A stretch of DNA of 59,518 nt, the filler included, from Pirum gemmata (taxonomy: Eukaryota), in assembly GCA_002812295.1 (NCBI GenBank). It is 10 parts of 10 records of this genome, joined end to end, with 100 filler letters (N's around TTAATTAATTAA, not from the genome) between each part and the next. Parts side by side here need not be neighbours in the genome. Positions count along the whole stretch, not along the records: positions 24,627 to 30,958 come from PDIN01000529.1; positions 31,059 to 37,204 come from PDIN01000530.1; 8 more parts are not named here. One strand, 5' to 3'. Below are positions 25,982 through 37,126 of the stretch, piece after piece. The notes under the pieces are model-generated. The model saw nothing but the letters and a program-made list of their open reading frames with translations, was not told where the DNA came from and did not search any database. Position 1 is the stretch's first letter. Each line of letters opens with the position of its first letter. A program made the translations under genes and the position numbers.

Positions 25982-27352
25982 TTATTTATTCAAATATAAT
26001 TTATTTTTTTTTATTATATTTTCATTGTAGTAATAGCGATACTCAACCAGAAGGCGGTGGCCTCTTTGGTTGTTTGCAATCTCAGTTTGCTGAAAAACGC
26101 TTCTTTTATCACCATATAAAAAAAAGTCATAATTGATCATAATTTTCCGCATTTGGGATAGCCTTGTTATTACTTTTTCAAAACCTAGTATCTTCATGAG
26201 CATGTAAAAGTGATTATAATTTAATTCGTTAGGGTTGATATCAATAATAAAATCCATATTGTATTTAAGTACTAAATTACTATATTGTGAAGTTTTTAAT
26301 ATATTATTAAATTTTAAAGTATTCTTATCAACAATAACACAGTTTTGATAGTCCTCTATATACCTCATAATGCTATGACTTTTTTGTTTAAAACATATTA
26401 TGCCAAGAAACAGGACAAAAGGATCCTTTATTTTAGGTATATTTTTTTCAAATCGATCTATTAATTCACCACCTGAAGGACAAGGTTCGTATAATGGTTC
26501 TAGATCTTTTACAGGTACGATTAAAGTTGATAAATCAGTATTACAATCTGCACAATTCTGGTACATAACAACGTCATCATTATCTAATACATTAAAAAAG
26601 TTCAGCAGTATTAAAACTGTGGAAACACCCCTTGCTACAACCCCAAAATGTTCGTCTTTTGTTTGTTTTTTTATTGTATCATAATGACTTTTTAATCCTT
26701 GTTTAAATTGATATTTATAAAAATCATATACAAGCATTTTACTGTTGACCTTGTTATACGGGAAACAAGTATAAAATTTTTGTAAAATCTCAAAACACTT
26801 TCGTATTTTGGTTAGCCGAGACGAAAACCCGTTATTTTTGTCTTTTATATTTGAGTAATTTTTTTCAATTAGATCTAAAAATGCCTGCTTTATAGATATT
26901 TTTTTTTGATAAAGTTTTTCCAAATTTTCCTTGATAGCATTATCATCTCTAGCAAAGATTTTAATTTTCATGCTATTATTGTTATTTAATAATTGATTTG
27001 AATATTTGTTAATTACTTTTTCTTCGGTAGTATCTATGATATTATTATACAGTGTATATATTGTGCTATCATTATTATTATTATCATTATTATTATTTGT
27101 ATCAAGATTATTATCATTATTATCATTATTTGTATCAAGATTATCATTATTATTATTTGTATCAAGATTATTATTATTATTATCATTATTTGTATCAGAT
27201 TTATCAATAGCATCAATACTCACCCTATATTTGTTTTTATTCATTTTATTAACAAATTCATATTGAAGTTGAATATATTTTTTTTGGTCTTCTTTCGACA
27301 GAAACTTGAAATCTGTTTGTGATATATTGAAAACATTATTTACATAAATCAT
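25982..27352 (-). CDS. Divergent tyrosine recombinase/integrase (virophage/PLV-type)
   Basis: Catalytic order R330 (MRYIEDY), K353 (FNNILKT), R402 (SQMRK), H432 (RGH) and Y441 (H+9). Asn/Asp-rich N-terminal linker; intronless, 456 aa. Confidence 0.7.
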   Translation of the reverse strand: MIYVNNVFNISQTDFKFLSKEDQKKYIQLQYEFVNKMNKNKYRVSIDAIDKSDTNNDNNNNNLDTNNNNDNLDTNNDNNDNNLDTNNNNDNNNNDSTIYTLYNNIIDTTEEKVINKYSNQLLNNNNSMKIKIFARDDNAIKENLEKLYQKKISIKQAFLDLIEKNYSNIKDKNNGFSSRLTKIRKCFEILQKFYTCFPYNKVNSKMLVYDFYKYQFKQGLKSHYDTIKKQTKDEHFGVVARGVSTVLILLNFFNVLDNDDVVMYQNCADCNTDLSTLIVPVKDLEPLYEPCPSGGELIDRFEKNIPKIKDPFVLFLGIICFKQKSHSIMRYIEDYQNCVIVDKNTLKFNNILKTSQYSNLVLKYNMDFIIDINPNELNYNHFYMLMKILGFEKVITRLSQMRKIMINYDFFLYGDKRSVFQQTEIANNQRGHRLLVEYRYYYNENIIKKNKLYLNK

Positions 27353-27407
27353 TTTTTATTATTTATTATTTAAATATATTTTTATTTTTAAAATTAAAAA
27401 AAAAAAT

Positions 27408-27944
27408 TTACATTTTTCTGCAAACAATAGATTCAATTAATAAATCTAAATTTTTTTTATATTCATCACCAACATCACATTCCATATCAATTAACTCAAA
27501 TTTAAGTTTATGTAATAAATCTAACTGATAAATATTATGATCACTCCTTGTTTTTTTAGCTTTATCATCGCCCTTAGGAATTTTTTTCGAATAATTTAAT
27601 TGATTTTGTGCTTTTTTGATATCATTAAGACCCATCTCATAATATTGTTTAAATTCCAAATCAATTAGTTGTTTTTGTACTCCTTGCTTTAAGATAGTTT
27701 CAAACTCTTTATGTAATTGATCCAGCTTCCATTTAGATATTGTTCTATACCTCTTGTACAGTTCTCTTATTTTAATAAACAAGACGTGTAGTAACTCTTT
27801 AGGCAGGTTACTTTTTCCTCGTTTATCAGGGTGGTAGTATAGAATATTATTTCGATGGTTGATAGCATTTATTTTATCTGAATAATCAGGGTCATAATAA
27901 TAAAACCGGTGACCAAGTACTTCTATATAGATGTCGTCAGACAT
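27408..27944 (-). CDS. J-domain (DnaJ-like) protein
   Basis: YIEVLG..INHRNNILYYHPDK..LFIKIRELY matches J-domain helices I-III with an intact HPD motif. Confidence 0.68.
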   Translation of the reverse strand: MSDDIYIEVLGHRFYYYDPDYSDKINAINHRNNILYYHPDKRGKSNLPKELLHVLFIKIRELYKRYRTISKWKLDQLHKEFETILKQGVQKQLIDLEFKQYYEMGLNDIKKAQNQLNYSKKIPKGDDKAKKTRSDHNIYQLDLLHKLKFELIDMECDVGDEYKKNLDLLIESIVCRKM

Positions 27945-28424
27945 GATTTATTTTAAAATTTATATGTATTATATATTGTATTATATTGAAAAAAAAATAT
28001 ATATTAATTTTCACCAAAAACAAAAAAATATACCCTATTTATATAAAAAAAAATATAATTACTCTTGATAATAAATTTTTGATAAAAATTTTTTAATTTT
28101 TCGTTTTTTTTTTTCGCTAGGCTCCCAAAAAAAACGTCATTTTATGTAACCATCTGAATCCCTAAAAATGAATGTAAAAGTTTATAAATGACAATCTGAG
28201 ACTTTAATTTCAAAAGTCTAATTATTATTATTTGTAAATATAAAGCTTAAAAAATATTATGCCATTCAAACCTTTTTAGTAATAAATTGAAACTATTAGA
28301 TAAGAAATTTAAATATATAAAAGTGACTTTTTTAATAAAAGGCATCAAAATTATAATAATTTTGGTAGACTATTTATCAAAAAAAAAAAAAATAGTTCTC
28401 GAATTTTTTTTTTTTAGTCTATGA

Positions 28425-28720
28425 TATTGTAATAACTTTTATCAAAAATGAAGTATTGAAAAAATATATGAACCCCCCCATTATTTTTTATAATTAAAAA
28501 AAATACATTTTATTCATGTTAATCTGGTGGTAGCACAATTTATGTTCACAAATGAACATAATGAGTTTAAAAAAAATGCACAATTTATGTTTAAAATTGA
28601 ACCGTGATTGTGCTACAACCAGAAAAATATGACTAAAATGTATTTTTTTTTAATTATAAAAATAATGGGGGGGTTCTTATTTTCAATACTTCATTTTGAT
28701 AAATAATATTATATTACATG
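28425..28720. repeat. Long imperfect inverted repeat (~120-bp arms); partial third copy at ~28895-28978
   Basis: ATCAAAAATGAAGTATTGAAAA..GAACCCCCCCATTATTTTT..CTGGTGGTAGCACAAT is mirrored by ATTGTGCTACAACCAG..AATAATGGGGGGGTTC..TTTCAATACTTCATTTTGAT. Confidence 0.88.
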
Positions 28721-29084
28721 ATGTTTGAAAAAAAAAAAATTATAGTCATAATTACGTCATAATCACGTCATATTTTCTATACCTTCGCACTTGCTTTGTA
28801 CTCGCTTTCTATGCGAAACTGTTAGGGTTAGGGTTAGGGTATCAAAGTATCACCAATCAGTTGAATCAGTTGAAAAGTAAAAAAAAAATAGTCTATTATT
28901 TTTTATAATTAAAAAAAAATACATTTTATTCATGTTAATCTGGTGGTAGCACAATTTATGTTCACAAATGAACAATAACTTACGTCATAATGACGTCATT
29001 AGAAACCAATTATTATTATTATAATTAGCTAATTAGAAACCAATTATTATTATTATAATTAGCTAATTATAATAATAATAATGT

Positions 29085-29328
29085 TTTGTTTTTATGTGTG
29101 TGTGACATTTTTTTTTTTTGTGACATTTTTTTGTCACACTGTGTTTTTTTTTTTCATCATTTATAAAAGGTGGTTTGAAAATTTGTGACATTTGTGACAT
29201 TTTTGATTTTTTTTTGTCACACTGTTTTTTCGTTTTTTCATCATTTTTATAGGGTGTTTTGATTTTTTGTGACATTTTTTGATTTTTTTCCGGATTATTG
29301 TGAAAAAATTTTTTCGAGCTATTGTGAA

Positions 29329-29362
<34 letters not shown>

Positions 29363-29605
29363 TAAAATATATATTTTACATTTTTTTTGGATTTTTTGGA
29401 TTTTTGTCACAAAAATCCAAAACCCCCCTATAAAAATGAATAAAACACAAAAAAACCGTGTGACAAAAAAAATCAAAAATGTCACAAATGTCACAAAAAT
29501 CCAAACCACCCTATTAAAATGAATAAAAACAAAAAAACCGTGTGACAAAAAAAAATCAAAAATGTCACAAACGAAAAAAAAAATGTCACAAACAAAAAAA
29601 ACAGT
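29085..29605. repeat. Large palindrome (~190-bp arms) with 14 TGT(G/C)ACA motifs around an AT-rich centre
   Basis: Seven motifs per arm in mirror order, with an (AAT)n/AT-only core at ~29330-29378. Confidence 0.88.
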
Positions 29606-30506
29606 TTTACTCACTTTTACTCATTTGATTCAGTTGATTCCGGGGGATAAGATCGACTTTTATAAATATGAGATTGCCTTTTTAGAGCTTCAGATGAATA
29701 ATAGTCTATAATCATAATTTATTGGCTTTAAAATTCAAAATTTTGTTACACCGTTTTTGTCTAATGCATACAGCCATCCAGCCATTGGCTGAAAATCCAT
29801 AAGCCATACAATTGGTATTCAGCCATTGGCTTAAAATCCATAAGCCATACCATTGTATTTTTTTAGTCTAGCGAACAGGCTATAGACTATATACATTATT
29901 ATACAACGTCATAATTACGTCATATTTGCTATACCTTCACACTTGCTTTGTACGCGTTTAAATGGGGGTCTAAAGTACCTTGAACATAGATTAACAATCA
30001 GTAACATACATACATCAGTAACATCTTTCATTGCTTTCACCCTTAAAACAAGGTAAGGTTTAGGGTTACAGACAACATCAGTAACATCTTCATTGCTTTC
30101 ATTGCTTTCATTGCTTTTACCCTTAAAACAAGGTTAAAGGTTAGGGTTACAGACAACATCTTCATTGCTTTTGTCACTAGTCTAGAGCTTTTCTATGCCG
30201 AAGTGGTGCAAAATTACCCTTAAAACAAGGCTATTATAACTCGTTTCAGTGACCGTTTTATACACATAGTAGTTTTTGGTCTGCCAATTTAAAACAATAA
30301 AACAATATTTTGTCACAAATAATAAAAAATGAATAAAAAATTGATTCATAAAAAGACGACTATATAAACAGAGTAATCGTGTACATCGATCACAAAATGT
30401 GAAAAAATTTCTAAGTATTTTTTTTACCAATTTTGTTTAATCCTTAACCATATTTTGAGGCACTTTTTACCAAATTTGCTAAAAATGTCGAGCGGCCAGG
30501 GGACAN

Positions 30507-30833
30507 CTGTTACTGGGTCTTCACCGTAAGTGCGAACAATCCATTGTTTTCTTGTTCTTTGGATAATAGTATATAAACCCCAATATTTCCCGTTTTCAGT
30601 GACGGCAGCATAATTGATACTTCGAGGAATGTAACCAAGAGCATTGGATAAGTCCATAGCTACTTTATCGCGTAATAATGTGGTATCAAACATACTTTTC
30701 TTTACAGAGAATCTACGTATATATTTGTACAAAAAATAAATTTATTAACAAAAAAAAAAATGGTAAATCAATTAGTATGTTATAATTAATTAAATAGTAT
30801 TAAATAATAATAATAATGATAATAATAATAATG

Positions 30834-30866
<33 letters not shown>

Positions 30867-30940
30867 GAATAGACAATAATAATAATAAACAAACCTATCC
30901 CATTCATCAAAGAAATCAGGATTATCCACAAACTCTCCTG
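30507..30940 (-). CDS. cotH: CotH-family protein kinase, internal exons (~30940-30895 and 30712-30507)
   Basis: DFFDEWD|RFSVKKSMFDTTLLRDKVAMDLSNALGYIPRSINYAAVTENGKYWGLYTII matches the CotH D.x.LR..LA..L...G.....YA.V..NG.Y.GLY pattern. GT-AG intron in frame. Confidence 0.78.
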
Positions 30941-31818
30941 CTTTAAAATAATAATTTTNNNNNNNNNNNNNNNNNNNNNNNNNNNNNNNNNNNNNNNNNN
31001 NNTTAATTAATTAANNNNNNNNNNNNNNNNNNNNNNNNNNNNNNNNNNNNNNNNNNNNATATTATTACTATCATTTATCATATAAATTTTGTTTGTTTTA
31101 TTTCTTTTTTTTAATTTTTTAAAAAATAATAATATTATGAATCTATGATAGTTCTTTCTCCTTGAGTTCTTTCTTTCTTTCTTTCTTTTTTTGTTTCTTT
31201 TTTTATCATTAATTATTTTAAAAAAAATTGATATTTTTTGGATTTTTGAGCTCATATGGACCATATCGTGGATGTAGCTTTTTATCTGGCTTGATAAAAT
31301 GACTATAAAATGTATCGAATTTTGTTTAGCGAACTTTGTCTATATTTATACTATATATATATAATTTTTGACTGAGGCTAGTTTAATTAAAATAATATTG
31401 CTATTTCATAGCTTATTTCATATTTCTGTCTGTAATATAATATTATATATTAAAATTTATTAATTTAGGCTCTTTAGACCTAGTTCTTAACTTCTTACTG
31501 TCCCCTATTCCAAGAAACTGTGATTGTGCTTCGTTACTTTTGCAGTTCTTTTCCAGACTTGTTTTCGTTTTTGCGGTTGTTTTTTGTTTTCTTCGTTTTT
31601 AGGTTTTTAGTCACTACTAGTATCATAATGTTAAAAATTATTTACCAGGTTTTTAAAAATTTATTTTAAATTTTGTTCTATTTTGTTTTTATAATATATG
31701 GACTAACTTAGTACTAAGTCCATAGCTTGAGGTTATTTCTAAAGTATTATTAGATGTAGACTAATTGATCTATGATATTCTAGACCTATATCTGATAATT
31801 TTTATCCCTAGCGAGATA

Positions 31819-31996
31819 TCGTGTTTTTCATTTGTTTTGTTATCATAAAATATACAATAAAGAGTACCAAATTAATAAAATATAAATCCATTTTATTTAA
31901 TTTGGTATATTTTATAATCTAATTATTAATTTAAAAATATCAATTNATAACCAACAAAATAAATATTCAGAGTGACCAAATAAATGAAAAGCACAA
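31819..31996. mobile_element. TA-flanked ~180-bp MITE (TCGTG(C/T)TTTTCA TIR), likely Tc1/mariner-mobilised
   Basis: TIRs plus TA on both sides. Family copies at ~523-592 (deleted), ~21350-21470, 22881-23233, ~24360-24480, ~40665-40850, ~40975-41120, 41277-41462, ~41630-41812 and ~52513-52704. Confidence 0.8.
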
Positions 31997-32039
31997 TAGT
32001 AGTTAACGGTAGTAGTAGACTGTAGACTCTACAACTATA

Positions 32040-32173
32040 GGGAGCGTTCAAATAATACGTCACGTCAAGGGGTAGGTAGGTAGGTGGTATTTGACCGGAA
32101 ATTAACGTCAATGGGGTAGGTAGGTAGGGGTATTTGAAGCTGTACTAGACCGGAAATTGGCGTTACGTAGTAT
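32040..32173. mobile_element. Short Tourist-like MITE copy
   Basis: GGGAGCGTTCAAATAATACGTCACG start; nearly identical to 52271-52398. Confidence 0.72.
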
Positions 32174-33277
32174 AGCTAGTATCAAGTAGTAGTAGTAGTA
32201 TAATATAATATCGTCTAGACTCTATCGTGTTTTTCAATAGTGTTGTCCAATTCAAAAACTGAAATACTGAAATAGTTGGAATAAACGTACCAAATTATTA
32301 CGAGTATGGTTAAATAATCAGGCATGTTTTAATTTGTAATGAAATAAACGATAACAAATAATAGTATAATAATTATCTAGTAGCCCGGGGCGCTAATAAT
32401 TAATAACTCCCCTATCTAGCTTTTAACTCTCTGATAATTAATAATCATTGTCGGTTAATTAACGTTTCAATTATCAGTATTCTGCCAAATATTTATAATT
32501 ATCTTTTAGATGGTCTAGATGGTTAGTGTACGAGCGAAGCCTTTAATATTACGAAGTTTGTAGACGATTATTAGAAAGGTTCGATATTACTAAAATTTAA
32601 TGTTTTAATTTGACTTTTTAATAATTTGTATGATATAATAAGCCTTTTACAATAATTATAGTTCACAATATAATCGCACAGTAACACAGGCACTATTATT
32701 GTATTAGCCCCATTTAATATTACACGTACTCTATTACTATTATAGTCTATTAATTAATTAATATTAGATGTAATTAATTAACTAAGAAAACATCACTTTT
32801 AGAAAAAAAAAGAAACCCATTACTCTACTCCCAATAAAACCTTCTGGCATTCGACTCACATACAACAACAGTTTGAACAACTCCCACATTGAACTATATC
32901 AATACTATGATGCACACTTAGCTATGATTATATTATATTATGATAGTAAGTTTACCAAGTTACAACTAACTATAGCAGAACCTATATATATATATAGCAA
33001 AAATCCGGTTATATTCGACATATATATATTGTCTATATAATATATAATATAATATTATAGATGCCAGGCGAAAAGATCACAGACTCTACTGAGAGTCTGA
33101 GACTACTCAAGCCATCAGTCACCTAAAAATTTTTGGTGCCATGAAATTAACGATGATGAAATGTAAAGACTTCTCTAGCTAGCTAGAGAAAAAGGGGCCT
33201 AAAGAAGGAGGAGTAGAGTCTAGCAGCTAGCAGTATAATGTATATTATTTAATTGTATTGACCCTAACCCTAACCCT

Positions 33278-33763
33278 TATTATGGAAAGTACAACAAGCT
33301 AAAATGAAATGACAATCAGATAATTAACTTATACCAAAGTATTATGAAATAAATTACAACTTTAATTTAACTACCAGGTATATATAATATATATATATAT
33401 CGATAGTATTATAATATTATACAATATCTAGATATAATTTTTAAAATATAACTAACCTACTGCACCTCTTTTTTTTTTTTTTTTTTTTTAAACTATCATA
33501 GACTACAAAGCCGGATAAAAATGGCGACATCCGCCATATGAGCTCAAAAATCCAAGAAATCTCAAAATAATTCAATTTTTTATAAAGTACTACCAAATTT
33601 TGAGAAATAGTATAACTAAGAAAGCTCTATTATGAACCAATAGCTAGTTTTTAAAAATAATTTGGCTAGTTAGTATTAAAGGTTTATAAAAAAAGAAGTC
33701 TAAAAAAAAAAAGATTTCTACAGTTTTATCCGGCTTGGCAGTTAAAAAAAAAAAAAAAAAAAA
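33278..33763 (+). mobile_element. 5'-truncated LINE 3' end: ORF2 tail, T-tract, IR-bounded unit and poly(A)
   Basis: Homologous to the minus strand of 37590-37925. Ends CAGTT followed by a run of about 20 A. Confidence 0.6.
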
Positions 33764-36606
33764 ATCTACATTCATAAATGACTCATTTATTATGACAACA
33801 CTACTGAAAAACACGATAGCTAGTAGTAGTAGTAGCTAGACTCTAGCTCGTACTATCAATACTACTATTGATACTATGAAACTAGTACTATGAAACAAAT
33901 CAACAAAACACAACTTTAACAGTTATTTATCATAAGGGGTAGGTAGGCGGAACTGTAGGTGGGTGGTATTTTACCGGAAATTAACGTCGAGGGGTAGGTA
34001 GGTAGGGGGGTATTTGAAGCTGTATTTGACTGGAAATTGGCGTTACGTAGTATTTGAACGTTCCCCCTGCTCCCCTTATTTATCAAAACAGGAACTTTTC
34101 TAAAAAAAACAGTTACTATTGTCTATTGCTATCAATGGCTCTACCTAGCTATCACAGTAGTAGTAGGTTATAAATAGACCCCTGCGGCCCTGCCCCCCCC
34201 CCCCTGTTGTCAGCCTGTTGTCTAGGAGTTTCTGCTTTCCAAAGTTATCCCTGATATAGTACCACTGTACCAGCTGAAACCAGGGGCTGATGGTATATTA
34301 TATATAGTTAGAACACTGTTCTAAAGAAGCTAGAACTATGAATATGTAGTAGTATTAATAGCTGTAGTAGCTAGGAAAAGTGTTTTTTTTAGTGTTTTTT
34401 CAAGGACTTTGAAGTCCTTGGTTTTTTCCAAGCCTCACGCTAGCTAGTAGCTAGCTAGACTAGCTAGCTAGCTATGATCTGATAGTAGTAGTCTAGTCCA
34501 TATATACATATTCTAGCTCTAGTCTATCACTATTATGATATTATGATACTACTCTATCTAGCTAGCTAGAGTCTACTACTAGCTAGCAGAGAGTCGAGAC
34601 TCAAGTCATTTTTTGTTCCAAAAGTTTCCATCTACAGCTTTCCACTGTAACTTTCCATTTTTATAAAAAATAATGATATATATTATGATTATACATAATA
34701 CATATTTTTATTACACACTATAAATCATATATGCAATATACTGATGACTATAATAATACTGTGGAGTCGTGGACTATTATTTCTTTCTATCATTTAAATG
34801 ATTCATTTATAAATCATAGACTATAGTTTACCTGCCAGAGTCTGCCAGATAAAACAACAGACTTCTTTTCTAAAAATCTTTAGTGCTATTAAACTGGCCA
34901 AATTATTATTAAAAACTAGCCATTGGCTCATAATAGAGTTTTCTTAGTTAGATGATTTCTGAAATTTTGATAGTCTTTTATTAAAAAATTGGAGGATTTT
35001 AATAAGATTTCGTCAGATTTGATTTTCAGCTCGTAGCTATGGCAGATATTTATTTATATAATTTTATAAATAAATATGATATCATAAATCCGAACATATA
35101 TGATTATAATCTTTCCAAAGCAGCTTTTAATTAATAAAAAATTATTAACACTTTGTATAAATCTCAGCATAGACGACAACTCCAACAACATTCATGACAA
35201 CAACGACTATAACGCCATAATATTAGGAACAAAGGGTTAAAAACCAATATTTCTACAACAAAAGAACAATACAATTGCTAATCATAGACTATATATTATG
35301 TTATTATTATTATGATAAGTATAGCAAGTTAAAGCCAAACGACAATCAAATCATTAACTTATATGATACCAAAGTATTATGAAACAAGTCCACAAATTAA
35401 CTGTAGAGTCGTGTAGACCGGGGGGGGGGGGGGGTTATAATAAATGTATGATAACATCATCAAGGACAACATGACCTTTTAAATTTTTGAAAGACCTGAA
35501 AAAAACTCCAGAAAAAAATGAAAACAGGATTCTAGTCTAAAATAATATTATTATGTCTTATAATAATTGAAGAAGAAAAACTTAGCTTAATAGTACTATA
35601 GGCTATAGCTTGCCAGCTAGCTCTACTACTACTACAGTTCTAAAATAATATTATTATGTCTTATAATAATTGAAGAAGAAGAAAAACTGTTTGAGAGTGT
35701 TTGAGCTTTAATGGTACTATAGCTTTCTAGCAGCTCTTAGTAGAGGTTCCAGTATGATAGCTACTTAGTTCTACTACTAGCTAGCTAGCTACAAACAAGA
35801 AGCTACTATAGAATTTCAGGCGGTATCTAGACTATGATACCTCTCACACCAAAACTAGAGTAGCACACCCAAATAGTTTCGCAAAAAGCAAAAATAAATG
35901 TTGAGGCGAAAAAAGATATTTTCTAGTTGTCTAATAAAGAAAAATTTTTTTTTAATTTTTTTTTTTCAAAAAACTAACAATCTAGTACAATATAATACTA
36001 ATATTTAAAATACTACGATATGATTATAAGCTATCATAATAATTATAAGATGTTAAAGAACATTTATAATAATATTAATTATATAGGTCATATTTGTCAT
36101 ATTATATCTAAGCATATTATATATGCCTGGGAGGTATTATATAAGTTATATAACATTGGTATATATAACATACACCTACAGACCTTGTTTTAATTAGATA
36201 TATTATAAATAATGTGGCACTCATGCAATTTCTATTTCTCATGCTCCCACAAATGTTTTTTGCTTGGGATTTGAGTGTAGGAAGCCAATTTGCAACTTTA
36301 AAGGTTTATCTATGTTAATTAAAATCAATTATGATAATCAACCGACCACTTATTTATTTACTATACTATTATGTACCATATGCATATTATAATAAATATA
36401 TATGATATAATTTTCTAATAAGCTGTGATGTTCTGTTCAGTGGTTTGGCCTACTAGTATGATAGTATCTTTGACTCAATTGAAAGTATTAAAGTCCATAA
36501 CCCTAACCCTANNNNNNNNNNNNNNNNNNNNNNNNNNNNNNNNNNNNNNNNNNNNNNNNNNNNNNNNNNNNNNNNNNNNNNNNNNNNNNNNNNNNNNNNN
36601 NNNNNT

Positions 36607-37126
36607 TATTGTTGTTGTTGTAGTTTCTATTGTTCATGCTATTATTATTGCAGTCGTAATTGTTATTTATATGAGAATTATTGTTATTAGAATTGTTTAC
36701 TATTTCAATAACTTCACTATTATTACGTGTTAATGATGGCGACATCATAGAATAATTAACTTCAGCACAAGATGAAGAAGAAACATTATGCATTTGTTGT
36801 TGATACTGTGCAGATATTTGCTGCTGCAACATCTGCTGGTGGTGTTCAAAGAATTGCTGCTGGAGCTGGTGTTGCATAAAACATGGCGGTGGGGGGGGTA
36901 AAGGCTCCGGAAAATCGTTTGAAAATATAGGATCAACTGGTGGCTCCGTCAAAAACCCAGGTGAATAAGTAGGTGAATAAGAGTGAAAAGAAGAAGTTGG
37001 TGATGGTGGGTAAGAGCCTTCTGATTGAATTCTCATATTATTACTTACAAAATACTCAGGAACAACTCCTATTTGGGAATTATTCAAAAACAAATGACTA
37101 TCATTTGAATTTTCGTCAATATTCAT
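36607..37126 (-). CDS. Low-complexity Pro/Gln/Asn-rich protein segment (possible transcription-regulator region), partial
   Basis: Open frame with coding-like GC content (YPPSPTSS, PPPPP, Q-rich, N-rich), running into a gap. Confidence 0.5.

Noticed and set aside
26400..27266. Plus-strand ORFs 26400-26684 and 27006-27266
   Set aside because: They are antisense shadows of the recombinase ORF and its Asn-rich repeat.
29063..29614. 183-aa minus-strand ORF
   Set aside because: It is a translation of the TGT(G/C)ACA palindrome and its (AAT)n core, with no protein-like features.
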